From: a virus
Taxonomy: Duplodnaviria; Caudoviricetes
DNA: 64,000 bases
Virus record (IMG/VR): IMGVR_UViG_3300020385_000660
Span: 832-64,831 of that record
Reading direction: 5' to 3' (one strand)
Numbering within the stretch: position 1 is the first letter of the stretch; every line of letters starts with the position of its first letter. The notes under the pieces were generated by a model. It did no database searches, had not been told where the DNA came from, and worked only from the letters and a program-made list of their open reading frames with translations. Both the position numbers and the translations under genes were made by a program. Below are positions 54,803 to 64,000 of the stretch, piece after piece.

Positions 54803-57206
54803 TAAATACAGTAAATATACTTTAAGACCAGCAGTTAGTAATTATGTAGACCCTGGATCTGTTAAAGTTAACGAAATATTAAGAGAGAGATACGATAAAA
54901 ATAAAGCACAAAAAGATCTCTTAGATAGAACTCTTTCAGGCATGAATGTAATGCAAGGAGATCAGTATTTAATGGAAAATGCTAAAACAGATATTCGAAC
55001 TCAGTTATCTGAAGTTGTCTCTTCTGGAGCTTATGAAGACGCTGGACTTGCAATACAAGAAGCTATAACTGGATTAGCAGGGGATAAAGGAGTGCAAGCT
55101 GCACAGAAGTCATATGAAAACAGACAAAAAGAATTAGAGTTTATTACAAAACAGCGCCAACAAGGAATTGAAATTTTAGATTTTGGAAAGTTCCAAGGAG
55201 AAGGGCATAAATCTTACACACAAAACGAAGATGGCACATTTGCAACTAATATCTATCAACCGTTAAGTGAGAGTAAACTTGAATATGGGGAAAAGATGAA
55301 AACTCTTTTTTCAAATATGAAAGCTAATTCTTGGGGTATAGATCAAAATGATGTAAATGGCGCTGTAAATAGAATGTATGGAGCTTATCTTAATTCTAGA
55401 GAAGGTAGCCAAGATTTTAGAAGATTAGTAGAGTTAGAATACGATGAGACTATACCTTTTGAGCAAAGAAAAGAGATGGCTAAAAAAGATATAAAGAATC
55501 GTTTAAATGCTTTTGCAAGTAATCATTTGCATACTAAACAAACTAAACCTAAAGAGCCTACTAAATATCAACAAGGACAGCTAGACTTATATGAGCAGAT
55601 GATGGGAGTAAAGCCATCTATAAATAAAGCTGGTGTAAGTTTTGATGCAGGTCATCAAATATCTGCAATGACAGGTGAAACAACAACTTTAGCAACAATG
55701 TCTTCTTTAATATCACATGTTAAAAATGGTGATATGAAAGCAGCTAGGGATACACAAATAAACCATAGAAAAATAATAGATCGTCTTGAAATAAATGGGC
55801 ATGTTTCTCCAGATCAAGCAAAATTATATAGAGAAAAAAATATAGAATTGTTTGAAGTAATGAAAAATGCAGATTTTTCACAAAACAAATCTTTAGCTGT
55901 AGAAGCTTATCTTAAATATGCTACTACGAAAGTTCCAATTGGAGATGGTTCTACGTTAGATCCGTATATGAAGAACGCTAAACAAGAATCTTTAGAGTTC
56001 CTTAAAAAAGGATTACCTATAGGAGCTGGTAGCTCTTTAGGTAGTAAATTACTTAGAATGCCTTTAGTGTCTAAAAGTATTTGGGCTGTTACTGCAGGTC
56101 TTTCTGTAGGTTATGGGGGATACAAATTAATAGAAGGAGGTATAGGTAGAGCTTTTGACCAACGAGGTAATGTTCGTGGATTTATGAATCCTGAATCTGA
56201 AGACAGCTTTGGATCATACTTAGGGTTAGATACAGAGATGGAAGATTTAATGCAGAATCTTTCAGATGTAGATCAAATTAACAGAGTCTTTGGTTTAAAA
56301 GGTGAAGACGCATTAACTCCTCAAGATACAGATCTAATAAAAACTATAGGAGCAGACTATCTTACATACATGCAAAATGATGGAGATATAATAGATGAGA
56401 TAATGGATGAAAATGGTGGTGGAGCTGTTGATTACGCTGTAGAAATGCCAGACATTAGTACAGATAATGGTAAAGCTGGTGCAAAAATGTTAAACTACAT
56501 TATGGATAATGGAAGTATAACTGACTATAGAGTTATGGAGTTTCCAGAAACTAGCGACGAATGGAAAGATCTTACTAAAGATGGTACTCAAGTAAGTACT
56601 AAAGGCTATATCTCAAAAGGTATTGTTCCTGCATCTTTAATGTTTAATACTCCTACTAGATTATCTGTTATACGTCCAGGAAAAGGAAAAGAGGGAGATA
56701 AACAAATGATCTTAGAGCCAAAAATAGCAGAAGGGGCTGCAGGATTAGAAACACTTGCAGGTCAATTTGGTAAAGCTACAGGTAATTTACAATATGCTGT
56801 GATTGAGAATGCACAGCAAATGCTACAAGACAAAGTTAGCCCTGATATAAGTCAAACAGCTGACGCTGTGATGCAATCTACTTTGTTAGTAGCTCAACAA
56901 GCTGGGTTAAAAGAAGATGCAATGATTATACAATCGTATAAATATGCAATGAGGTTAGTTTTAGGTGAAATGGGTAAAAGTTTTTATCCTTGGAAAGCAA
57001 GTATTGATGAGGATTATGCAGCAGTAGCAACTAACGTAGAATACGATCCAAAGACTGGAGCGCTTACTGGTATGGATGAAAGACAGCGAGCAAATTACGA
57101 AGAAATACTAGATCAAAGAATATTTGGTACATTTGAAAAGATAAATGGAAAAAATACTTTAGTTGAGCCAGGATTTGTACATAGATCAGATATAAAACTA
57201 AGATAA
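54795..57206 (+). CDS. ejected cargo / internal virion protein
   Basis: 803 aa, helical, with a hydrophobic hairpin; position in the cargo block. Confidence 0.65.
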   Translation: MANKYSKYTLRPAVSNYVDPGSVKVNEILRERYDKNKAQKDLLDRTLSGMNVMQGDQYLMENAKTDIRTQLSEVVSSGAYEDAGLAIQEAITGLAGDKGVQAAQKSYENRQKELEFITKQRQQGIEILDFGKFQGEGHKSYTQNEDGTFATNIYQPLSESKLEYGEKMKTLFSNMKANSWGIDQNDVNGAVNRMYGAYLNSREGSQDFRRLVELEYDETIPFEQRKEMAKKDIKNRLNAFASNHLHTKQTKPKEPTKYQQGQLDLYEQMMGVKPSINKAGVSFDAGHQISAMTGETTTLATMSSLISHVKNGDMKAARDTQINHRKIIDRLEINGHVSPDQAKLYREKNIELFEVMKNADFSQNKSLAVEAYLKYATTKVPIGDGSTLDPYMKNAKQESLEFLKKGLPIGAGSSLGSKLLRMPLVSKSIWAVTAGLSVGYGGYKLIEGGIGRAFDQRGNVRGFMNPESEDSFGSYLGLDTEMEDLMQNLSDVDQINRVFGLKGEDALTPQDTDLIKTIGADYLTYMQNDGDIIDEIMDENGGGAVDYAVEMPDISTDNGKAGAKMLNYIMDNGSITDYRVMEFPETSDEWKDLTKDGTQVSTKGYISKGIVPASLMFNTPTRLSVIRPGKGKEGDKQMILEPKIAEGAAGLETLAGQFGKATGNLQYAVIENAQQMLQDKVSPDISQTADAVMQSTLLVAQQAGLKEDAMIIQSYKYAMRLVLGEMGKSFYPWKASIDEDYAAVATNVEYDPKTGALTGMDERQRANYEEILDQRIFGTFEKINGKNTLVEPGFVHRSDIKLR

Positions 57207-57207
57207 C

Positions 57208-60200
57208 ATGGCAACAGAAGAACCAACATTAAGTTTATCGGATTATTTAGTTACTCCGGAAGACATCACTAATGCGCAGCTTAGCGGTAATAATATGCTT
57301 GCAACGCCAAGCCAAGTTACAACTCAAGAGCCTAATTATGAAATGGAAAAGCTTGCTTTAAAAAAAGCAGGAACTAACCGTACGTTAACAGATGCAGAAA
57401 AAAGCTCTGGAATGTTAAACCCTTTGTACGGTACTAAATTAGACGGAGTTAAAGTTGAAGATTATGCGGATTACATAGATAGACCTTTCTCTTTTGTGTC
57501 TGATGACGCGGATGAGCTTAGAGCAGCAAATCAATCTACTGGAGAGAAGCTGCGATATGGAGCCACTAAACTTGTAAGTAGTGTTGGTACAAATATTTTA
57601 GGATCTACAGTAGGGTTAGTATACGGAGGTGTTGCATTCTTAGAAGGAATGATTAATAAAGATTCTAACACAGCTACTAAAGCATTTTTTGATAATAATT
57701 TTCAAAGAAGTTTAGATGGGGTTAATGAGTGGATGGATAATAAACTTCCGCATTATTATACCAAAGAAGAGCAAGAGTATGGATTTCTTCAAAGTTTGGG
57801 TACTGCAAATATGTGGACTAATGATTTTGCTCAAGGACTATCATTTGTTATTGGAGCTGTTCTGTCTGAGGGACTTACAGCAGGTAGAACTAGTTCTTTG
57901 CTTAAAAACTTAGCTAAAAAATCTGGAGTTAAAGGTAAAGATTGGCTTAAAGCAGCAAATAAAAATAGCGATTTAGCTGTAAACGCTGTAGCAAGATCTA
58001 AACAATTACAAAATGGTTTAACAACTATTCGTCAGTTAGGTACTGGTGCTATGTACGAGTCTGGGGTTGAAGCAAGACATCATTATGATGCTACATTAGA
58101 AATGTTAATAGACGCCCATAAAGCAGAGCATAATAATAACCCTCCAACAGATCAAGAGATGGCGGCTCTAGCTGATATAGCTACTAAATCATCTAATGCT
58201 GTTTTTGCAGGAAACATGGCTTTAGTAGGTTATGGTAATTTTATGCAGTTTCCAAAGATATTTGGTAAAGGTCTAAACGGCACTAAGCGAGCAATGGCTG
58301 GTAAGATTAAACAGCAAATTGTAGATAAAAAGAAAATTTATTCTGAAGTATTTAAAGATTTAAGCAAAGGTCAGGTAATGACTAGAAAAGCTTGGAAATT
58401 AGCTAGTGTACCTTTGTATGAAGGATTTGTAGAAGAAGGGGGCCAAAAGTTATTAGATCTTACAGGGCAAGGATCAGCAGAAGAATTCTATTTATCTAAG
58501 CGTAATCCAGCAGTTTTGGATATGCTAGGAGAAATGTTAATACAAACTGAAGACTCTTTTTCTGATGTGTATGGCTCTAAAGAAGGGCAAAAAGAAATTG
58601 GGATTGGACTTATTTTAGGTGCTTTGGGCTTACCTGGTAGAGTAAGTACTAGAGGAAAAGACGGGAAACTAAAGAAAAAAATACAAATGCAGGGTGGTGT
58701 TTGGGATACAATGCGTGACATGAAATCTCAACAAAAAGCTATTAGTAAACTTAGAGAACGTTTAGAAAAAGATCCTACTTTTTTAAGCGCGTTTAAAAAG
58801 AACTATGATACTATGGCGAGAGCTACTGATAATCAGGATATTACTGATTACGCGTCTATCATAGATAATCCATTTATATCTCAAAACGCAGAGCATGATA
58901 ATGTGTTTAACTACTTGCATTCTAGAATGGAAGCAGGATTTGAAGCAGACATTTTAGATGATATACAGAATGTAAGAGAGATGTCTGCTGAAGAGTTTAG
59001 AAATGCGTTTAATTACAATGAAGCTAATACATATTCAGATAAAGAGCTAGAAGCTCGTAGAGATAATATTGCATCTGCTTTAGAGGCGAAATTAGAATCT
59101 GTAAAAGAGACTATGGATGTCATGGATCGCTCGTTTATTAATTGGTCTGCTGAACAAAAAATGGCAGCTGTACATGCATTATCTGTAGCAAAAGACTCTG
59201 ATATGCGAGAGGACGACCTTATTAGTAGAGCTGAAGAAATTATAGGTGCTCCTTTAGCAACTGATGTAGAAGCTCCAAGAGAAGAAACAGATGCTAGAGA
59301 ACAGAAGGATACTGAAAATAGACTTAAAAACATATGGTCTAGGTTTAGTAAGAAGCATATGGAAAACATTAACAATTTGCCTGAAACGCAAACTGTTAAA
59401 CAAAGGTTAGGAATCAAAGAGTTTTCAGATCCAACTCATTTAGAAGAGCTTTTTAGAGAGATTACTATAAATGCCATGAATCTTGAAAATCAAATTGAAG
59501 AACTTGGGCATAATGATAAAATAGATAAATACGAAAAGGACAGTAAATTAATAAAGTTAGCAGCAGACAAAAAGAAATTAGATGTTAGAAGGTCACAATT
59601 AATGAAAGATCTTAATGAAGGTCTTGACCCTAATATTGGAGGTGCGGAGCAACAAATACTAGATGACTGGAAGAAGAAAGATCCTACAGGATACGCTTCT
59701 AGTGCTCAAGAAGTAACTCAAATGCTAAAAGATTTACGTAAGCTTAGAGCTAGAAGACACCGTGCAATTAACATGTACAATCAATTACTAGAAAAAAGAG
59801 ATGTTGGCGCAACTTTATTTAGTGAAGGGCCTTTACTTACTCCTCCACAAATTAGATTGCAGCAGATTGTGCAACGTGAAGCTTCAGAGAATAAAGCTTT
59901 ATTTGAAGATGATCCAAAATTGCATGACCTTTATCGTAGATTTAGTGATCAAACAATTGAGTTTGAATACACTAAAGAAGGGGATACAGAACCTACTCAA
60001 TACAGAGTTTTTGTAGAACGTAAAGATATAGAAGACGGTAACGCATCTGTACTAAGACAAATGCCTACTCCAGATATAATTAAATTATCTATTCAAAAAC
60101 AAGCTTTAGAAGATAGAAAGGCTAGATTAGAATCTGTAATTAAAAGGTTAGCGGATGCTACTACTACTTCAGATTATTCTGAGGCGCAAACAAACTTAGC

Positions 60201-63144
60201 AAATATAGATATACAGTTAGGAAACATTACTGCAACTTTAGAATCTAAACAGGTAGGTAAAACTCTAACATTAAATTTATTAAATAAAGCTTCTAATATT
60301 AAGGTTATTGAAAATTCAGCTTTAGTAAAAGAACAAGTTAATCAAGCTGTAGATTTAGTAAATATTGAATTAGAGTCTAATCTACAAAAAGCAAATAAAA
60401 CATTATCAGGATTAAATAGTAAACTAGCTTTATTAACAGAAGCACTAAAAGACCCAACCTCTGTAGAAGCAGGTCAGACAGAATCTTTACGTGCTGATAT
60501 TGATATTTTAAATGAAGCGATAGTAGAAGTTAAGCGAACAGTTAGTGAGACAAAAACTAATTTAAAAGTTCTACAAAGGTTTGAAGGTAAAGTAAGTACT
60601 ATTACAACTATGCCGCAAGCAGAGCAATTAATGAATAGTATTTATGAGAGCTTATTTAATTTTGATAAAATTGGCGAATACAAAGAAGTATATGAGCTAA
60701 TAAATAAAAGCTCTGTAAAGAGTTTAATTATGACATCGATTGATGGTAAGCCTAGCTTAGATAATGATAAACTTCAGAGATACGCAGAAATATTAAGAGA
60801 TGGTAGAGATGTTACTACAGCAATCTTAACAGAGTTTGAGCCTAAGATAGCAGATTTAGAATCTTCTTCTGCTGCTCTAAAAGAAACTATAGAAAAACTA
60901 TCTGAAAAAATAAATGAACTTAAACTTGAAGAAGGTAAACTAGTTGATGAATTAGAAGAGACAAAAAATCAGTATGAAGAGCAACTAGAAGAAATTGCAA
61001 ACATAAAAGCTATGTTTAAAGAAGAGCTTCTAAATGTTCAGCGCGGCGTTAATTCTATTGCAGATGTAGCTTTTTCTTTAAAAGATAATTTATATGCAAT
61101 TAAAGCTTTAATAGACAGTTATAAAAATCCTAATCTTAAAGAAGAGTCTTTGTCTGGTTACCATGACACTAATATGATGGCTCTTACTCCTGATGAATTT
61201 TTAAATAAAGTTGGTAACTCTAAAAGCAAAAGCGTATTACACTATAGATCTCCTATAACAAAACACGGGTTCTTAAAAACTGCAGGCTCTAACGTTGCGT
61301 CATTAAAAACTATACAAAGATTAGAAAAGCAAGTAAATGAAGGAACTCCTTTAGATGCTGAGCAGACTAATGAGTATAATTTAGCTAAATCTGCAGCAGC
61401 GTATTATAAATTTACTTCTGAAAATAATTTTAATACAAGAAAATATAAAGACGGTAAAGGAGACTTTAGTTTATTATTAGTGAATAGACACAATTTACCT
61501 AGTGAGCTAAAATCTGACTTAGTATTTTTTGATGAAGGAAAACATGTATTAGCTCCTGCTACTACTGGAACTATAAAGCAAGAGAATTTAGAAGACATTA
61601 AAGCAATTGTATTAAATAAAGATGGAGAGCCACATAAAGTAAATGGTGTGATGCTTTATACTTCTATACCTACAGCAGAAGTGTTTGAAACAAAACAAAC
61701 ATCTGATGGAAGATCTATTGAGAGATATAAGTACGGGGAGGCCGATCTAATAAGCCCAGTAGAAGAAGAAATTATTGATGAAGAGGGATACACAAAGACT
61801 GTATTTACAGGAGAGCTTACTCCAACAGCTAAAGCTAGAGTTAAAGAGTATACAAAATTACGTACAGACCTATTGACTGACCCACAGCCAAAAATACGTA
61901 AGATTACTCAGAACAGTTTTGCAATGGTTAACAAAGTGAATGGAGATAATATTGGTAGACCAAGCAAAACATTTAAAGGTAATACTTCTAATATTGATTT
62001 AAAAGTAAATATGAAATCAGGTTTATCTATATCTGGTAGATCTTATAATTTTAGTGCTGGTACAGTTGTAGCAGAAGCTGCAGGTAAACCTGTACCAATG
62101 TATGGTAATTTTTTAACAGACAAGTACCAAAAAAATGTACTTAATCTTTTAAAGCTGTATGCAGTTAATCAAAAGAAATATCAAAACAAAGAAATAGATT
62201 ATGCACAATCTCAATTAGTTGAGCCTACTAACCCAAACAGTAAAAAAATTACTCATGTTTTACAAAATTTAGTATTTTTTGGATTAGAAACTCAAAATAG
62301 AGGAGAAAGAAAATTCTTTGTGTCATCAGCAGAAGAGAATGGTACAGTTTACTTTGGGGATTTAAAAATAGAAACTTCTAAATTATTAGATCCAGGCAAT
62401 AATAAGGATTTAAATGATGACTTAAAATCTTTTATAGGAAGCCTTAGACATAATGTAAATGCTTACACTTTAAAAGCAGATCAAGGAGCAAGAGCTAAAG
62501 GAAAACAAAAAGGTACTTACGCTGCAGCTAGAAAAGAATACGCTAAAAGAGTAAAGAATAATAAAGAAAAACTAGATAAATGGGAATTAGCTAATGCGTA
62601 TAGAAAGTCAAATGCAAAAGTTGAGTATGAAGGATATGTAGAATACACTGTTAATGATGATCTTACTGTTTCTAAAACTGACTGGGCAAATTACACAGAT
62701 TATCTATTAGGTGATGGTACTGCTGAGTCTAGAAGATCTATACCTCAAGAAATACCTTTATACTCGTATTTAAATGATTATGTGTCAGAAGATAAAAATA
62801 AATCTTATAGTACTCCACAGTTCTTAAATACATATTTACAGTATGAAGAAGGGTATGATATAGGTAAAATGACTAACTTAGAAGATTTTAAAAAGACAAA
62901 TACTGATGACACTTCAGATACTGAAACTACTACTGAGACTACTACTAATACTGAGTCTAAACCGCCTGAAGAGAGTGGTGCAGATATAGGAGGATTAAAA
63001 ATAATGTCAGTAGATGATTTAGCAGATTTAATGGGAACTAGTGATACAGAAGGGTCTAGTAGTGCAGATATATCTTTAAATGATATATTAGGCTTAGATA
63101 CTAAGCATGATTCTACTCCAGATGATAACGCAGAATGCATATAA
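57208..63144 (+). CDS. large ejected cargo protein (virion RNAP-associated block)
   Basis: 1978 aa; AMYESGVEAR, EGFVEEGGQ and hydrophobic N-terminal helices, long coiled coils; no NADFDGD-like motif seen here. Confidence 0.7.
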   Translation: MATEEPTLSLSDYLVTPEDITNAQLSGNNMLATPSQVTTQEPNYEMEKLALKKAGTNRTLTDAEKSSGMLNPLYGTKLDGVKVEDYADYIDRPFSFVSDDADELRAANQSTGEKLRYGATKLVSSVGTNILGSTVGLVYGGVAFLEGMINKDSNTATKAFFDNNFQRSLDGVNEWMDNKLPHYYTKEEQEYGFLQSLGTANMWTNDFAQGLSFVIGAVLSEGLTAGRTSSLLKNLAKKSGVKGKDWLKAANKNSDLAVNAVARSKQLQNGLTTIRQLGTGAMYESGVEARHHYDATLEMLIDAHKAEHNNNPPTDQEMAALADIATKSSNAVFAGNMALVGYGNFMQFPKIFGKGLNGTKRAMAGKIKQQIVDKKKIYSEVFKDLSKGQVMTRKAWKLASVPLYEGFVEEGGQKLLDLTGQGSAEEFYLSKRNPAVLDMLGEMLIQTEDSFSDVYGSKEGQKEIGIGLILGALGLPGRVSTRGKDGKLKKKIQMQGGVWDTMRDMKSQQKAISKLRERLEKDPTFLSAFKKNYDTMARATDNQDITDYASIIDNPFISQNAEHDNVFNYLHSRMEAGFEADILDDIQNVREMSAEEFRNAFNYNEANTYSDKELEARRDNIASALEAKLESVKETMDVMDRSFINWSAEQKMAAVHALSVAKDSDMREDDLISRAEEIIGAPLATDVEAPREETDAREQKDTENRLKNIWSRFSKKHMENINNLPETQTVKQRLGIKEFSDPTHLEELFREITINAMNLENQIEELGHNDKIDKYEKDSKLIKLAADKKKLDVRRSQLMKDLNEGLDPNIGGAEQQILDDWKKKDPTGYASSAQEVTQMLKDLRKLRARRHRAINMYNQLLEKRDVGATLFSEGPLLTPPQIRLQQIVQREASENKALFEDDPKLHDLYRRFSDQTIEFEYTKEGDTEPTQYRVFVERKDIEDGNASVLRQMPTPDIIKLSIQKQALEDRKARLESVIKRLADATTTSDYSEAQTNLANIDIQLGNITATLESKQVGKTLTLNLLNKASNIKVIENSALVKEQVNQAVDLVNIELESNLQKANKTLSGLNSKLALLTEALKDPTSVEAGQTESLRADIDILNEAIVEVKRTVSETKTNLKVLQRFEGKVSTITTMPQAEQLMNSIYESLFNFDKIGEYKEVYELINKSSVKSLIMTSIDGKPSLDNDKLQRYAEILRDGRDVTTAILTEFEPKIADLESSSAALKETIEKLSEKINELKLEEGKLVDELEETKNQYEEQLEEIANIKAMFKEELLNVQRGVNSIADVAFSLKDNLYAIKALIDSYKNPNLKEESLSGYHDTNMMALTPDEFLNKVGNSKSKSVLHYRSPITKHGFLKTAGSNVASLKTIQRLEKQVNEGTPLDAEQTNEYNLAKSAAAYYKFTSENNFNTRKYKDGKGDFSLLLVNRHNLPSELKSDLVFFDEGKHVLAPATTGTIKQENLEDIKAIVLNKDGEPHKVNGVMLYTSIPTAEVFETKQTSDGRSIERYKYGEADLISPVEEEIIDEEGYTKTVFTGELTPTAKARVKEYTKLRTDLLTDPQPKIRKITQNSFAMVNKVNGDNIGRPSKTFKGNTSNIDLKVNMKSGLSISGRSYNFSAGTVVAEAAGKPVPMYGNFLTDKYQKNVLNLLKLYAVNQKKYQNKEIDYAQSQLVEPTNPNSKKITHVLQNLVFFGLETQNRGERKFFVSSAEENGTVYFGDLKIETSKLLDPGNNKDLNDDLKSFIGSLRHNVNAYTLKADQGARAKGKQKGTYAAARKEYAKRVKNNKEKLDKWELANAYRKSNAKVEYEGYVEYTVNDDLTVSKTDWANYTDYLLGDGTAESRRSIPQEIPLYSYLNDYVSEDKNKSYSTPQFLNTYLQYEEGYDIGKMTNLEDFKKTNTDDTSDTETTTETTTNTESKPPEESGADIGGLKIMSVDDLADLMGTSDTEGSSSADISLNDILGLDTKHDSTPDDNAECI

Positions 63145-63153
63145 AATAAACAA

Positions 63154-64000
63154 ATGAGTTGTATAAATAGTATAAATACAGTATCTGCAAGCGATGATAG
63201 TTATGCAATTACTGAAAAAGCAATACAAGACAAAGCTCCTAGAAATGCTTCAGGGGAATTAATTTACTCTGCAGATAAAGTGGGGTCTTTTATATTGGGA
63301 ACTACTTTAAATAGTCAAAAAGCAATTAAAGATGTACTGTTTAACGAGTCAGCCGAGAGATCTTATGTATATGAAAATTCGTTTAACAACGCTTTAGTAA
63401 AATTATTATCTGAAGAAGAGATAAACTCTCTGCATGATGAGGTGCGTACAGTAGAAGGTAAAGCTAAAATGTATAACGATAAGTATGTGCAGTTTGATAA
63501 AGCTACAAAGCTTGAATTAAGCGAATATATGTCTTCGCAGTTTTTAGACTATATTGCTTCTAATCAAGCAGTTGAGGATTTAACTCCTACTCAAGAAAAA
63601 GTATTTGAGTTTTTATATAAGTTTTATGATAGCTTAGAAAATAATGTAGATATGTTTAATGCTACGTCTTCAGGTAGTATAGCAACTGTATTAACATTAA
63701 AGTTTGATCGCCGACAGACAGAAAAGAATGGTAAAATGGCTCAAGCTGGAATATCTCCTCAAAGATTGCAATTTACAAATGAGGGTATGGCGGCTTTATT
63801 TATGGATGCTGTGTACGCAGATTCTACATACTCAGGTGAAACTCTTAGTGAAGTTTTAGAGTATGAAAATCCAGAATATTTTAATAGTTTGTATGGTACA
63901 CCTCAAGGCTTTGAAGTATCTAACTTACAAGACCCTACATCAGTTTTTGATGAAGTTATTGCGTATTATATTTCTCAATATAAAGATCTACACGCTTTAA
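63154..64000 (+). CDS. N-terminus of next large virion protein, probably virion RNA polymerase subunit (truncated)
   Basis: Not in the track; open from ATG 63154 (MSCINSINTVSASDD...) to the edge; zincin-like segment; RNAP identity inferred from crAss-like gene order only. Confidence 0.6.
   Translation, partial: MSCINSINTVSASDDSYAITEKAIQDKAPRNASGELIYSADKVGSFILGTTLNSQKAIKDVLFNESAERSYVYENSFNNALVKLLSEEEINSLHDEVRTVEGKAKMYNDKYVQFDKATKLELSEYMSSQFLDYIASNQAVEDLTPTQEKVFEFLYKFYDSLENNVDMFNATSSGSIATVLTLKFDRRQTEKNGKMAQAGISPQRLQFTNEGMAALFMDAVYADSTYSGETLSEVLEYENPEYFNSLYGTPQGFEVSNLQDPTSVFDEVIAYYISQYKDLHAL

Noticed and set aside
5595-63140. Numerous short antisense or alternate-frame ORFs in the track (e.g. 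7076-7423, 12550-12939, 52870-53271, 59013-59417)
   Set aside because: Fully nested in well-supported plus-strand genes, with shadow-ORF composition.
1-64000. Stop-codon reassignment as in some crAss-like phages
   Set aside because: Late genes are intact and densely packed under the standard code, including a 5204-codon ORF.

Overview
AT-rich fragment of a crAss-like (Crassvirales-type, podovirus) phage genome read in the standard genetic code. The host is most likely a Bacteroidota (probably aquatic Flavobacteriales-like), judged from TAnnTTTG promoters, Q-rule signal peptides and a T9SS sorting tail. Bases 1-4600 are on the minus strand: the 5' part of a family A DNA polymerase, small genes and unusually structured intergenic RNA. 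That RNA includes a ~900-nt ORF-poor, multi-domain stretch bracketed by two miniature anticodon-less tRNA-like elements, and three H-type pseudoknots. After a strand switch at ~4600-4770 the plus strand carries two promoter/terminator-bounded small RNA candidates and then the late module: GroES-like co-chaperonin, IHF-like proteins, terminase, portal, SLT protein, scaffold, major capsid protein, ring proteins, a 5204-aa Cys-repeat fibre-like protein and further fibres. The lysis region has an embedded cassette of host-exported proteins (T9SS cargo, outer-membrane beta-barrel, CxxC-less thioredoxin fold). The muzzle and the large ejected cargo proteins follow and run off the right edge. The best candidates for an undescribed system are the tRNA-mimic-bracketed large ncRNA and the phage-encoded T9SS/outer-membrane cassette. 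All calls come from manual reading and motif recall; no searches or folding programs were run.
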